Assembly: GCA_031422435.1 (NCBI GenBank)
Contig: JANPLU010000101.1
Location: forward strand, 1-64,000
Source of the DNA: Acaryochloridaceae cyanobacterium VAR_48_metabat_390
GTDB lineage: Bacteria > Cyanobacteriota > Cyanobacteriia > Thermosynechococcales > Thermosynechococcaceae
Reading direction: 5' to 3'
Length of the DNA stretch: 64,000 nt
Position numbers and translations under genes: made by a program. Below are positions 62,661 to 64,000 of this stretch, piece after piece. How positions within the stretch are numbered: position 1 is the first letter of the stretch; every line of letters starts with the position of its first letter. The notes beneath the pieces are model-generated. The model did not search any database and was not told the origin of the DNA. It saw only the letters and a list, made by a program, of their open reading frames with translations.

Positions 62661-63314
62661 CTAACTCACCTGTCCCCAGCCCACGGGCGGCAGCTCCACG
62701 GCCTCACCCACCCTGCCGCTAGACACCCGCTTCATAGACTTACTCAGCCATACAAACAATGACTGAAAGTCTAGCCCATTCAGCAAAACAGGGGGGCGAT
62801 CAGCAGGCGCAATTTGAGAAAGCGTCTTAAGGTCAGCCCCTTCCACCGCCACCGAGAAAAAACAGAACTTGCGCTCCGCTTCCCCTTGCTTAATTCGGGC
62901 AGCCGCATTTTGCCACGGATCTGTCGGCGCACCATCCGTAATCATAAAAATCCAGGGGCGATAATACTGGATGCCGTTGTCTTGATAAACCTGCTTGCGA
63001 GTTTTGAGTAAGTCTAAGGCATACTCAATCGCTTCACCCATAGGCGTTACGTCATCTGCGACCAAGGCGGGGGGCGTGAATTGGTCAATGGTGACAAAAT
63101 CTTGCACCAGCTTTACAGGGCCAAAGGTAATCAGCGCAACCTCCACGCTTAAAGCGGCTTTAGTATCTGCCTGAATATTTTCTTTGAATAGGCTTACACC
63201 CTGATTAAGAGCGTTCATTGCGTCCCCAATCATAGAACCGGACGTGTCTAAGAGCAGAATGACAGGGCAGCGGTTCTCAGGATTTTGAACAAACTCTGGA
63301 AATCCTACAGGCAT
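62661..63314 (-). CDS. TerY-like vWA domain protein (YegL-like)
   Basis: RCPVILLLDTSGSM MIDAS, TPMGEA, YYRPWIFMITDGAPTD, F.WLS.S. Confidence 0.92.
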   Translation of the reverse strand: MPVGFPEFVQNPENRCPVILLLDTSGSMIGDAMNALNQGVSLFKENIQADTKAALSVEVALITFGPVKLVQDFVTIDQFTPPALVADDVTPMGEAIEYALDLLKTRKQVYQDNGIQYYRPWIFMITDGAPTDPWQNAAARIKQGEAERKFCFFSVAVEGADLKTLSQIAPADRPPVLLNGLDFQSLFVWLSKSMKRVSSGRVGEAVELPPVGWGQVS

Positions 63315-63623
63315 CTCACCCTCCCAAGCAATCTAAAAATTCTTCTGAATTCTACCGCCAACGGTTTAACTTGATACAGCTAAAACCTAGAAACTTAGAA
63401 TTTAAGCGCCCGTTCATTCACGGCATCTTTTAGACAAAAATGGAGTGCTTCCCTAACAAACCTGATTTTTATGGCAATGACCTGCCAAAAATACAGCAGT
63501 AAAACTTAACACAATATCTGCACACAACTTCCTGCTGGCGTGTCACAGCACTCTGATAGACTTATACATTGATACGTAAGATACAAAAACGGCGCAACAT
63601 CGGCATCTGGGAGGATTTACTGC

Positions 63624-64000
63624 GTGGATAATGTCATCGGTTTAGAGATTATTGAAGTTGTAGAACAAGCAGCGATCGCCTCAGCACGCCTCATGGGGAA
63701 AGGCGACAAAAATGAAGCAGATCATGTTGCAGTAGAAGCCATGCGGGAACGCATGAACAAAATCCACATGCGGGGTCGTATTGTGATTGGCGAAGGCGAG
63801 CGGGATGACGCGCCCATGCTCTACATTGGCGAAGAAGTGGGCATCTGTACCCAGCCCAATGCAGACCAAATTTGCAGCCTAGAAGAACTAGTCGAAATTG
63901 ACATTGCCGTTGACCCCTGCGAAGGTACTAACCTCGTGGCCTACGGTCAAAATGGCTCTATGGCTGTGTTGGCAATTTCAGAAAAAGGCGGACTGTTTGC
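63624..64000 (+). CDS. glpX: Class II fructose-1,6/sedoheptulose-1,7-bisphosphatase (5' part, runs off the window)
   Basis: GGAGG RBS, GTG 63624; [20 protein letters not shown]...[17 protein letters not shown]...AVDPCEGT. Confidence 0.95.
   Translation, partial: MDNVIGLEIIEVVEQAAIASARLMGKGDKNEADHVAVEAMRERMNKIHMRGRIVIGEGERDDAPMLYIGEEVGICTQPNADQICSLEELVEIDIAVDPCEGTNLVAYGQNGSMAVLAISEKGGLF

Overview
Cyanobacterial chromosomal segment, judged from the abundant HIP1 octamer GCGATCGC and from desB, hpnH, cyanobacterial-type glpX and an IsaR1-like sRNA. Bases 1-24 kb and 52-64 kb are mostly housekeeping genes: SDR, MATE, desB, thrB, an ABC exporter, ilvB, galE-gshB-grxC, hpnH, gloB-glmU, ligA, upp-yqeK-rsfS, an ABC1 kinase, a PP2C and a partial glpX. 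These flanks also hold a multi-GAF pseudo-histidine kinase, an LRAT-like pseudoenzyme and a TerY-P (vWA/PP2C/kinase) triad. Bases ~24.7-51.8 kb are an accessory, largely HIP1-free and partly very AT-rich Wzx/Wzy-type polysaccharide locus: wcaI-like GT, wzc, rfbF-rfbG-rfbH, an NAD-dependent epimerase/reductase, a split transketolase, flippase, polymerase, six further GTs and an FkbM methyltransferase. The locus is interrupted and flanked by Rpn/DUF4351 genes, toxin-antitoxin genes and relics (MNT fragment, nonsense-mutated hicA with intact hicB, a PIN pair, Uma2) and a relic second rfbH 3' end. The most notable items are a likely branched 3,6-dideoxy-sugar pathway lacking rfbI, internal RBS+start sites in all three Rpn genes plus a stand-alone copy of exactly that C-terminal module, and an unannotated Fur-box-controlled sRNA next to upp. 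No tRNA, rRNA or CRISPR array was seen. All calls were made by eye, without database searches.
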